In this document: positions 41,001-52,515 of the stretch, one piece after another
Position numbering within the stretch: the stretch's first letter is position 1
How the letters are laid out: the number at the start of each line of letters is the position of its first letter
Source of the DNA: Antedon mediterranea
Lineage: Eukaryota; Animalia; Echinodermata
Direction of reading: 5' to 3'
Assembly: GCF_964355755.1 (NCBI RefSeq)
Contig: NC_092674.1
Location: 4,898,001 to 4,962,000, forward strand
DNA: 64,000 nucleotides
Notes under the pieces: model-generated
Told to the model about the DNA's origin: nothing
The model's input: only the letters and a program-made list of their open reading frames with translations
The model's database searches: none
Made by a program: the position numbers and the translations under genes

Positions 41001-44000
41001 ACAAATATTTGGTATATAACACTAAAATGCCTATACCAAATTTTTGATACAAAAAAAATCATAAAAAATTGAATTTTTTTTTTTTTTTTTTTTTTTACAA
41101 ATGCATTACATAATTATATTTTTCTGAATTTTTTGATGTATGGGTCAATGAATTTGGTTGCGTTTGAATTTTCTTGTCAGGTGCCTATCTAGGCCTAGCT
41201 AGTAGGCTAAGCCTAGCTAGATGGATGGGCTCCTGACTGAGTCACTCTGAGAAGGAGTCATAGCTAGTAGTGGTAATGCCATCGGGCCGGTGGTGTGGTT
41301 CCTGACAAGGCTAGGGGCCAGGGCCGGCGCTACTGCAGTTTCGCACCACACTGTTATATCTTCGATTTCTCGCTTAATTTTTTTCTTAAACCCACATCAT
41401 ACAATTTTGGGCCATTATGTAACATGTTCCCATGATTTAGCCACCGTTAATTACCTTTATCATAACAAAAAATGCATTTCAAAACAGCTTCTTTTTTCGC
41501 GAATACTTTGATCGAACTGTGTCCATTTTAGAATCAGAAAATTGCCGGAAATCAATGTATGTTTTATTTTCTGTTTTTATTTTTAAACTGCAAAGACTCA
41601 GAGTGGTTTTTATAAAGAACCAGCTGTGTACATCCATATCAAAACGGCGACGATATGAGTCCGTACATAAAACATTGATAGGAACCATTAATATGAATAA
41701 TAATACTAATAATGAAATATTAATTTAACCTTTATTATTTCGTCGACAGCTGAAAACATTTCTTGCTTTTCAAAGCTAAATAGGCCTAGGCCTATATAAT
41801 CGGATTTTATAACACTGCCCTCTATAGTTTATACAATTTTTGGGGTAAAATGAAGCATAAATTCTGGCAATTAAGTGATAAATATAAGATGGCGAACATT
41901 TCGCAGTGTGTTGACAGCGAGTTCAGTATTGTTTAAAATGTTTTGAAAAGTATTGTTATTTAAAAAAAATTACTTAGTAAGTGGTCGAATCGTATAAACA
42001 TGTTACATAATATTATGTTGTGAGTGTAAAAAACGAAAGTTTAGGTAAGAAATCAAAGATATAACGGTGTGGTGCGAAACTGCAGTAGCGCCGCTAGGCC
42101 TAGCCTACATGGTGTCTGATCATTTCGGCCGCCAGTCATTTCGGCTGCCGGTTATGGAATTGCCAAATTCATGAAACGCGAAAAAGGATAAAATATGTAT
42201 TGTTAATTTCGGCCTCCAGAATTGTAATTATTCTTGAATATGTATGACACGCCATGTGTGTTAAAATGTTAATATTTTACTAAATACTGTATTATTAAGC
42301 CGAATCGGCGGTCTTCAATTCCAGAAACAGCAGCGATATTATAGCGTACACATTGCCATCACTACAGTGAATATTAATGATATTTTTTTAATAAGAAGGA
42401 GGTGATGCTGAAGTTTTTTTTATGTGCTAGTCAAAAACACTTCACTTGATTCATATTAAAAGAAACACATTTTTACAAAGCACACGCATCTTCGGAACTT
42501 GTAAAATAAATAAAAAAATTTTGACCAAAATATTCAGACGGTAAAATACTGTAACTAATAATTTAAATGACCATAGTTCTCTGTGGCGTTCCATAGACTT
42601 GATAAAGTTATTTTTTTTCACTGTAATACTGTACAGTTAATGAGTTATTTCTGGTTATTTCAATTTGGCGCGCCATACTTGGCGGCCGAAATGATCATGC
42701 CATATTTTGTCCTTTTTGGAGTTTCATGAATTTGGGCGTTCCATAACCGGCGGCCAAAATGATTGGCGGCCGAAATGCACTGTGACCGCCTACATGACAT
42801 ACATAATAGCCTAGATAGAACATGACTTTTCTTTGCTGTGTTTGTCCATTTAAAGTGTTTATTTTATTTGTTTTTTACAGAAGTTTTACCAGGCAAGTTA
42901 CTGAATGAGGGAAAGACCAAAAAAATCTTTGAGCTCCCAAACAATCGTGTTTATATTCAATCAAAAGACCGTATAACTGCTCACAATGCACAAATGGTGA
43001 ATGAACTACAGGGAAAGGCAGTCATATCAACTAAAACTACTAGTTTGCTGTTTGATTACTTAACTAAACTTGGTAGGTTGTTGGGACATACCATGTATTC
43101 ATACACAATTTAAGGGGCTGGGGTTTTTATTTATAGATTCTATTCACCAGTGAGATCATACTATGAAGTATGATCTCACTGGTGAGTATGACCTCACCAT
43201 TTGCATACACATTTTTTTTTTTAGGGTAACAATAATTAGCATACATACAGTACCAGTAAAGATACCGTACCATCTTCCTCTATGCACAAAAATAAAATAC
43301 TTTTTCAGTATTTTGTTTCTTTTTTTATTTACTGGCATCGTATGGCTCTATCATTTTGCAAACAAAAGTTAGTCATAAGCAGACAATTTTATCATTTTAT
43401 TTCAATAAACATTTATATTAATGATATAGCTAACATTTTATAGGGTTATATTGTTTATATCTCATTGTTTGTTATGCAATATTGGTAACATGACTTTTTT
43501 TTTATTGTAGACCAATGAATTTTAGTCATGCAATGAATTAACAGATGTTACTATCTTAGCTGGTATATTTTTATTGTTAAAATTCTGAAATTTGAACTTT
43601 GTCCCTTCATTGTGCTATGAGATTTAATTTGGGATTACTGCAGATTATCGTGATTTGTCAAAATTGTATATGTGGGATTATCTCTGTCTTAATTTTAATG
43701 GACATATCGCTTCCTGAGGTTCAAAGTAGAGTGCGTACTACCATATCTGTTTTTCAATACTGTATATAGTTTAGTATGAGAAAAAAGAATTATTAATCAC
43801 CATTATTTTGATTTGCATTTTGTATAATTTCACCAAAAAAAAAAATAGAAGTAAGGTGGTAACTTAAATTTAAATTGACGGAAATATTAATTGGCCAAAA
43901 TAAAAATTAGTAATTTAATATTTAAAAAAAACAATACAATGAAGTTTTTCTGCGCAATCTTTATTCAATATTAAAGTATTTTAAACAATTCTATTTTCTA

Positions 44001-47000
44001 GGACTTCCAAATCATTTTATCAAACTGGAAACCGATTCTGCCTTCATTGCCCAGAGGTGTGACATGATACCCATTGAATGGGTAACACGGCGGGTTGCCA
44101 CCGGATCATTCCTTAAACGTAATCCTGGCGTCAATGAGGGGTACAGATTTTCACCCCCGAAATTGGAATACTTTTACAAGGTAAATGAATATACATGACG
44201 TGTTGTAGTAATGAGCTTCGTATAGCAATTAAAATGTACGTTAAAGCTCTGTCTACACTATCAAACTAGTTTGACAAAATAAGTGCGATGTGCCCAAATA
44301 TGGTAGTGATATGACCAAATATGGTCATTGATACAAAATACAGTAGTGAAATGACATCAAGTCCATATATGGGCACATCACATTTTTTTTCACATAAAGT
44401 TTGATAGTGTAGACAGAGCTTAACAATGTTTAATATTAATCGTTACCAGGACGATGCTGCTGGTGACCCTCAGTGGTCAAGGGAGCAGATTATTGAGACC
44501 AAGATGAACTGCGGGGGTCGTGTGATTAATGGTGATGATGTCAACATGATGAGCCGCATAACTGTTGCTGTTTTTGAGGTCCTTGAGAAGGCGTGGGCTT
44601 CTTTGGACTGCAGTTTAATCGACATGAAGATTGAATTTGGTGTCAGTGCTGCGACAGGTTAGTCACAAATGTTCGCATTTTAATATTGAATTTGTTTATT
44701 ATGAAATTAAAAAACAAACTGGTGTAAAAAAAAACCAAAATACAGTATAAATTGACAGGCATCTATAGTGTAGGTTAATAAAATAGAATAAATAGTTGTA
44801 TTGATATAGATTATTTGTATAAAAATTATTCCAAATTTGGAACATTTCAGGAATGGGACTTATAGCCCCAGGATGGGCTTATGATTGGTATTTTTCATAT
44901 TGAATTATTTTATCATTTACTGTTAAATTGCACACAATGTTGAATAATTTAATAAAAATAAAATTATTTCCATTTTTATTTATGTAAAGGCGAGATTGTC
45001 CTAGCAGACATCATTGACAGCGACTCCTGGCGACTTTGGCCATCTGGTGACCGACGTCTGATGAAGGATAAACAGGTGTACAGGGAACTGAAAGAAGTGA
45101 CCGAGGAAGCACTGCAGGTGGTCAAGAAGAACTTTGAGTGGATTATGGAAAAGATTAAGGTATTGGATTAAATCCTCTTACATAATCCCAATTTTATTCA
45201 TGATTGGTATAGTGCTTCAGGGGGACCAACTGGGTTCATCCTGTTTTGTTTTTTATATTCTTTTATACCTTACCTGTGGTGGTCACTTTGATTGTTGGTC
45301 GCGCTTATGTGCGTCACTATTAAAGTAGAGGGGAATTTTCCCCTTTCCCCACAGAGAAGTGTCCCACCGGAGTGCTGACCGGTCGTCGGTGACCCATGTT
45401 TTTTGTACATAATTTTTATGTAATAATAATAATAATAATAAATACTTTATTTTAACACGAAAAAGCTTGTGTCACCATAAAGGTGTTCTTCTACAAGGCC
45501 GTGATCAACTAACAGTAGTACATTACACATTTAAAAATAACAAATTTTAAAAATAACAAATTTTAAAAATAATTTGTGATAAGAGTACAAAATAAATAAT
45601 AAATCACACCAATAATTTTTTGAAAGTATTTAAATTTGTGGCATTTTGCATTGGTTTTTTTAGAGTATTCCATAAACTAGCACCATGATATGAAAAACTT
45701 TTTTTTTATATTCTGTTTTGGGTTTATTCAATTTTAATACATCCTTTGATCTTGTATTGTATGTGTCTAGTTTGGGTGTAAATAGTTCGTTTAGATATGG
45801 TGGTGCTTGATTATGGAATATTTTATATAACATTTTGGCTTCATTATTATGTAGTTGAGTATTAAGATTTATCCAGTTTAAAGGCCAGGTACGGGCAAAA
45901 AATTTCTATTGATCATACATTCCAATAATTATCGATCTATAGTTTCCCCTATGTTTCATAATTTTTTTGGATTTTATTTGTGTTACACGAGCTTGTTGAA
46001 AATAAGCACTTTCTTATCAGTGGGGGGATAGTTCAAATTACACAGTAAAATCTCTATTCTTTTGTACACAAATTTTGTAAATAGAGAGGCATTTTAAAAA
46101 GCTACGAAAAATAAACAGTGTGGTAAAAAATTTTATCAGATGACAAAGTAAAGGTAATATAACTTGAATATTACATTTCTGGAATTTTTATTCAACTTCA
46201 AATTTTTATTTTCATGCTATAGCAAAAATTATCCACCGTATATCCACCATCTTTTTTCACCTTCTAGGGAGTCACAAGACATGTTATTACATTAGGTTAA
46301 CTACCTAACTACTGAAAAAAGGTCTTCCTGGTTTTTATGGCAGAATTTTGCAAAATTTTGTATTTGGATATTTGATTTATGTACAATTAACCAAATATTA
46401 TATTTAAAATTCATGCCTGTACCTGAGCTTTAAGTTTTGCAGGGCTTGTGTACTTGAGTCGTATGAATATTGTCTGGCATTTATGTATGGTTACCCTGCT
46501 TTTTTTGGTATACTATTGAACATTGCAAATGTAATTGTGAATTGAATTGTGAATTTAGATAATAGATCAATAAAAGTCTTTTCACAGCATAGGTGAAAAT
46601 TAAACGAAATTGATACAATATATCAATAAAAAAAATATACCAAAAAACAGCATATTTTTATCGCCTTGTTATGCTTGGTAAGAACAAATTATGTTTTTTT
46701 ATGGACAAGCAACTATCACATGACAGGGCAACCTTTAAGGCTGTTCTATACGCGATGATTACAATTATATGTTATGTATTTCTGCATATTTGTATTGTAG
46801 GGCCCCTCATGAGACAAGCTATTGCTTGTAGTGCTGGCCCCAGTTGTTGTCATAAATAACTGAATATGATATATTTGTTTGTGTTCTCGTTTAGCTTTTT
46901 AACTCCAAGCCATCGGCTCAAGTAATTGTGTTGATGGGATCTCCTTCTGATGCAGAATATTGCGAGAAGATCAAACGATGTTGTGATGACATTGGAATTG

Positions 47001-47770
47001 CATGCGAGACAAGAGTGACATCAGCGCATAAAGGCACGGAGGAAACCATGCGGATTCTAGCCCAGTACGAAGGTAAGGGTAGTATGTGCCTAAATATAGT
47101 AGTAATATGCCCAAATAAGGTAGTGATATGACATGATCATGTCCATATATGGGCACATCACATTTTTTGTTTACACAGAGCTTAAGGGTTGTAATATGAC
47201 AGCTACATACTGTAGGCTGTAAACCCATGCAAAGGATTACAAATAAGTGGCATAGATCTTGTTGAGGAATACCAATAACTGTCTAATTGTCAAATTTATT
47301 ATTCCTAACACAGGTTGTAGTGTGCCTATAATATTCATCGCCGTAGCTGGTAGAAGCAATGGTCTAGGCCCAGTTCTCTCTGGAAACACCCCTTTCCCAG
47401 TCATCAACTGTCCCCCTGTCAAAGCTGACTGGGGAGCTCAAGACATCTGGTCATCGCTTCGAATGCCATCAGGTAATAAACCTTAGTGGGTCTATAAGGC
47501 AATCTGGTCATCAACTTTTATTATTCCGTGATTTTTTATGAGGTTTTCCAATATAAAAATATATTGATGTGTACTTTACATTTCATTGCAGGCATGGGTT
47601 GCAGTACGGTTCTTTCGCCAGAGGCTGCTGCCCTCTGTGCTGCCCAGATGATAGCGCTTACCGACCACGTTGTATGGGGAACACTCCGTGTTAGACAGCT
47701 CAACACCTGGCTGAAACTCAAGGAGGCTGATCGTAAAATGCGCAAAGCCCAGCAGGACAAGAGCTCGTAA
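38084..47770 (+). CDS. PAICS: Bifunctional SAICAR synthetase / AIR carboxylase, 424 aa
   Basis: Exons 38084-38093, 42881-43072, 44002-44180, 44450-44657, 44990-45159, 46895-47072, 47314-47472 and 47592-47770 (1275 nt). Motifs: [79 protein letters not shown]. Confidence 0.97.
38208..41187 (+). mobile_element. 3-kb TIR DNA transposon (TAGG ends, 7-bp TSD) in PAICS intron 1
   Basis: TAGGCACCTG(A)CAAG inverted ends, flanked by TCTAGGC at 38201-38207 and 41188-41194. Confidence 0.75.
39628..40233 (+). CDS. Transposon-borne ORF of unknown function with [14 protein letters not shown] repeats; probably a truncated derivative
   Basis: About 200-codon ORF from the ATG at 39628, preceded by an acceptor at about 39605. 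It contains a 24/48-bp tandem repeat at about 40006-40143. Confidence 0.45.
   Translation: MDNPPLTTPQKFIKDNYFQVPSDVGLLQNGHVIFTYITLPKKMFSSVQHILKKSHSIIISNCSVRDLVKKFKSFHSINTSGRFANFDIFCAGTFSKYKTVDAASTMQASSSNIPSLEAATQSSSENVEPLRPEEVELIRPDEIKLIGPEEVEPIRPDEIKPIGPEEVEPIRPKLLNPPKRSWGGSEACVLPCIVSQTNDVQ
41326..42092. mobile_element. Non-autonomous TIR element (GG..CC ends; Merlin-like)
   Basis: About 45-bp TIR GGCGCTACTGCAGTTTCGCACCACACYGTTATATCTT at both ends; the TSD is degenerate. Confidence 0.75.
42111..42787. mobile_element. MULE-like non-autonomous element with 8-bp TSD
   Basis: About 80-bp imperfect TIR with CATTTCGGCCGCC subrepeats; TSD GCCTACAT at 42103-42110 and 42788-42795. Confidence 0.85.
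44245..44420. mobile_element. MITE family A copy in PAICS intron 3
   Basis: Perfect TIRs, TAA target duplication at 44242-44244 and 44421-44423. Confidence 0.9.
45421..46500 (-). mobile_element. L2/CR1-group LINE 3' fragment interrupted by a MITE
   Basis: Minus-strand translation: QALQNLNW...[18 protein letters not shown]...YNTRS...[12 protein letters not shown]...FKKLL, followed by AATAAA and an (ATT)n tail. Confidence 0.85.
45882..46429. mobile_element. Kolobok-like MITE nested in the LINE
   Basis: TIR AGGCCAGGTACGGGCA / TGCCTGTACCTGAGCT with TTAA duplication. Removing it restores the LINE reading frame. Confidence 0.85.
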
Positions 47771-48383
47771 AACAGCCCCCTTAATCATGAGGTGCTTTCA
47801 ATGCTATTACAGGGTTTCAATAGTACAGTGAAAAGGACCATTAACATTTAAGATATATATATTTGTATTCCATATAATTATGTACTGTATTCATTCCAAC
47901 TGTACTATTGAGGTTACATAGGCCGTAGATGGTTTAGTTATAGATTTTAATTGACATATTCAATTCAATGCAAAATTATCAATGACCGTTTGATTAATTA
48001 TATTAATTATGATAAAATTGTTTTGCATAGTAAACATTGTATCAAGTTTTATATTGTTTTTATCAAACCATAGAGATACTATAATATCTCCTTGATCCGA
48101 AAAATACACTACCAGATCATTTTTTATTTGCTTGATACTTGGTGCTAATTGCATGCAAATTGGTGGGCTAAAAAATTTTTTTTGTACTATTAAAAATTAT
48201 TTAATGAAGTTGTCGACTTAATTGTGTTTTGGGTCATTGGCAGAGGATAACAAATGTTTGTGAATGTTATTACACATATTTTCTAGTACCGAAAAATTCA
48301 CAGGATAGATGGAAGGATGTGTGCAAAAGAAATGCCCATTGTTCAAGAAGATTGAATCTGAGGCTGCTGTTATTTTTTATTAA

Positions 48384-48498
48384 AGCTCTGTGTACACTTA
48401 TGATGTGCCCATATATGGACATATGATGTCATAGCACTACCATATTTGGGAATATCACATTTTCTTTGTCAAACTAGTTTGATAGTGTGGACAGAGCT
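48384..48498. mobile_element. MITE family A copy between the convergent PAICS and C8orf48-like 3' ends
   Basis: TIRs and core match the family. Half copies also occur at about 47077-47182 and 49509-49576. Confidence 0.75.
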
Positions 48499-48859
48499 TC
48501 AGAGAGCTGTGATGCCTGGATTTTAATGGACACATGACCTTCTGTAAAACAATACACACACAATAAATAGGAATACCATACAATAATCAAATTAGCACCA
48601 CTATGACTATACAGTCTGTATTATTGGAGTATATTGTGTGCTATTTCAAATTCATTGGCAAATGACTCGCATTTGCGCACACACCATGATGCTTGGATCG
48701 TATACATGTAGAGCAACGTATTGACTGACCAGCAGTGTAACGGCTATGAGCGCTCACTGGCTAAACCCAGAGCATGAGTCCAATGTTGGAGAAGCCGTTA
48801 TGAGCGCTCAACCAGGGACCGATGCTGCAATCGTCTATACTTCATTTGGAAGCATTTTG

Positions 48860-51562
48860 TCACTTATTCAATAACAGACTCCAAACCTGCTTTGGGTCAT
48901 CGCTAAGTTTTGGTAGATTTGCAGCCAATTCACCAATTAAGCTTACAGAATTCTGAAATAACAAGATTTACATTGGTTGAGGGTTTTCTCTTCAAACTTT
49001 GTTTTTGTGCCAGAACATGTCTTTATACAGTTCTGTCTTAAAAGATTTTCATGAATTACAGAAGTTTTTTTTTTTAATTGAGATGTGTAACATGAATAAT
49101 AGGGTAGTGGGGATAGGGCTGAACAGAGTGTAGATTAGGGCACTTTACAAGGCCCTAAACACTTGTTTTAATGACTTTTAGGATGATAATTTTCAGTATT
49201 AACCTTGTGAAGATAATAATTGAATTAGCTTTTCCTTATCATTTCTTGGGGAATTCCATGCATAATATTTCAATTTTCTTACCAATGTCTCTAGATGTTT
49301 TTGAATTCTTTCATCGATTAGTTTGTTTTGTAAGTGTGTCTTCTTTGCATTTATAAACTGTTTTTGAGCAAGTACTTCTTGTGCTTTAATACAAGCAGGG
49401 CAAGAGTTGACATCATGCTCAATGACTTTATCCAATTTCTGCCAAAAAATAGATATTGTAAATAAAATATTGTAACTTTTGGAATAATGACTTCTGAAAT
49501 TCCATTAATATCACTACCATATTTTGGCACATCACACTTTTTTTGTCAAACTAGTTAGATAGTGTAGACAGAGCTTTGTCTATAATATTTCTGGATGAAG
49601 AAACATTGTTCTATTCTACCTTTTTCATTTTATGTCGAATATTCTCTATCTTCATTTCTTCAAGCCTCTTCTTTGTGATTGGTAATATTCCTTGGACAGT
49701 ATAAACAGACGACTGATGATGTACCTCAACTAGATATTTAAAAAAATTGATAAACTTGATGAACTTGTTTTATCGACCAACCTACATTTAAGTGATAATA
49801 ATGATATTTTCAATCTATATAGTGGGCTTGGATGCGACACTTTTCATTTGAACCACATTTTCGTCCCCTAAGAGTCACATCATCATGTCATTGCTGTCAA
49901 TTCTAGTGTTCATTCGTCTGTCCACGAAAGTGGTTTTTGTACACTGGACCTACGGTTTATATAGTCTTTATCCGAGAGGACTTGTTCTACCACCAAAACC
50001 ATGGCGCAAGTGAGCCTCAAACCCTTGCTGATGTTATGGCTATGGATTACGGTTCCACTGTCTTAACCGCTCAACCACTCACTAGTTACTAGACTTTAAT
50101 CGATACAGTAAGTTTACTGAAAACAGACAACCTAGAACAGGTTTTCCAGGTAGTTTTTAGAACCCAAAACATCATCATCCTGATTGTCATTTTACCTTTT
50201 GGTTTATTTGTATGTGCGTTCTTCAGAAATTGTATTTTATTCTTACAGTATTCATGAACTTCTACTGGTACAATAGAAACATCCGATTCAGATTTTAACT
50301 CATTCTCCCATTCTCTTGATGCATTTTTCTTTGCTTTCTTTATCAAAGACATACAAAATGTTGACTCAAGCTGGTTTTCTGATGACAATGAATCCTGAAA
50401 TATAACAAATGGAAAATCATTGTGAGAAATTTTAGAATTGGGGAGCTTTTAATTTGGACAACTATGTACATCATGTTTATTAATTAGTGCGCTTAAGCTC
50501 TGTCTACACTATCAAACTGTGATGTGCCCAAATATGGTAGTGATATGACATCATCATGTCCATATATGGGCACATCACATTTTTTTGTCACATACATTTT
50601 TATAGTGTAGACAGAGCATTATGGGAACGTTGTTGGGATGTGCTTCCTCACTGCAGGGACATTGAAATGTTTTTCCTAACTCCATTCCTCATTAACATTA
50701 GGATTACAGTGCACCAATAATTATGCACTTGTCAATTGTATAACCCACTATATGACCCCCGGGAGAGGTGCGTCATTTGTCCGATGTGCGTCATACCTTT
50801 GAATACCATGACGCACCCGTGCGTCAAAAATGTGACTTACCTTTAGGTGACCATGACGCACCTATTTTGACGCACTGTGACCATGTTGTTTATGATATGG
50901 TGGGTGGTAAAGTGACGGACATTGACACACCTTGTTCATTGATGTGACGTACCATCTAGGTTTTTTTACGCACCCTTGCGTCAGTAATTATATGTAAATG
51001 ACGCACCTCTCCCGGGGGTCGTATAGTGGGTGATACAATTGACAAGTGCATTAAGCTACTCACAACTAATAACAGAACCAATAATCCCAAATATGAGAGG
51101 TGATGTGTGTGTTTGTTTATTACTGTATTTATTTATACTACTGCTGGGCAACCTCTTTAGTCAAAGACAGGTCTCCCAGAGGGCCCAGTTATATGTACAT
51201 ATCAATTAACAGCTCAACATCCTCAATTGTATTGGCTCTTAATTTGTACCCACTTTAGTGCTTTCATCCTCCTCCTCTGATGAGAAATTGCTTGAATAAT
51301 CTTCGCTTGTTGACTCAAAAGTATCTTCAATATAACTGTGTCTTGTCCTTTCTAAACTGTGTTTACTGTACTGTGTTCCATCACTCACACTAGCCTCAGA
51401 CTGGTAACTGCTAGTGGACTCTTCTGTGGAGTGCGAGTCAAAAGTGTCTGACGTGTATCGGTCTTCAGTGGTCTTCTCTGGAGAGATTGCTTCTGTCACT
51501 GAACTTATGGAATCAAATGTATCTGAATAATTAGTTGCCGATGTTGATGACAGAACTTCCAT
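48860..51562 (-). CDS. C8orf48: C8orf48 / DUF4606 family homolog, about 288 aa
   Basis: Exons 51562-51254, 50394-50196, 49729-49620, 49438-49283 and 48952-48860 (867 nt). The C-terminus H..SCPAC...LA..QF..KKT.L...L.DERI..HL...IGE....PKLSDDP..VW..L matches recalled human C8orf48 (H..QCPYC...ERIDEHL...IGE...PRLSDDP..IW). Confidence 0.8.
49860..50085 (-). mobile_element. tRNA-derived SINE family 2 (Deu-like)
   Basis: Homologous to 32325-32562. Confidence 0.75.
50496..50618. mobile_element. MITE family A copy
   Basis: TIRs with TTA flanks. Confidence 0.8.
50723..51051. mobile_element. Unclassified MITE with about 55-bp TIRs
   Basis: ATGCACTTGTCAATTGTAT.ACCCACTATA.GACCCCCGGGAGAGGTGCGTCATTT inverted at both ends. 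The left half is also present at 15716-15855. Confidence 0.85.
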
Positions 51563-52515
51563 TGAAAGATCTTTCAGTCTTTACCATCGGCATAATAACC
51601 TAGAAACAACAATTCTTTTTTTAAGTTAATAATAAAACGTTGAAATGTTAAGTTTAAGTAAAGTTGTTATAAAATTACCTTTCCATCTCATCCACCCCTT
51701 CAGCATGCAATGCAATTCCATTCCTTAGCTACGCCTTTATTTTAGGCTTATCTAAGGCCACCCAGCAAGTACAACACCACGCGCAAGAAGAAGTCACAGC
51801 ACAGGACACACGTCACCGGACAACATGGGCCTACTAGATAGCTAGCCTTGATTGAGTCTTTACTTTGGCTTATCAAATGTCGCCATACTTTATTGAAGTA
51901 GTCCTATACCATGCTTTTAACCTTTAAGAGGCAAGATTATATTTACTTACAAATTTGCCATAACTTTAGGCTGCAGAATAAGTTGATTGTATGCCTTGTT
52001 GTTTGTTTGTTTGTTTTGATTGTAATGCATCATTGCGCGCCAAATATGTAAAAAAAAAAAGCAGTAAAACAGAGAGGGCAGCATTATACTGCAATACACT
52101 GCTCTGTGAGCTACTGTAGATGGGCAGCAGTCCGGTTAGAATAATGATTTGTATAAGCTAATTTATTTTTTTTAATCAATTGTTGAATGAAAAGAAAATA
52201 TTTTACGAAAACAAAATTTTTTTCAAAGAATATTTTGTGCGGTCGCGTGTAACGTGTGTGCGTTCGCGCCGGGCGTAGTTATAGTACGTATTCCATGGTG
52301 GTGAAGAAAAATGCCAAAAATTAAAAAAAAAAGGCTCATGAAGTAAAATACTAAGAAGACATTTTCAGTATTTCGTATTATAAGGTCTGTTTTACAATTT
52401 CATTTCTATGTGGCTTACATTTACTGATTGATTTTAATATATAATGTGGATTAGCTATGACACGTGTAGGTAATTTTTTTAATGTTTTGCATTATTTTAT
52501 TAAATTTATTTCAGA

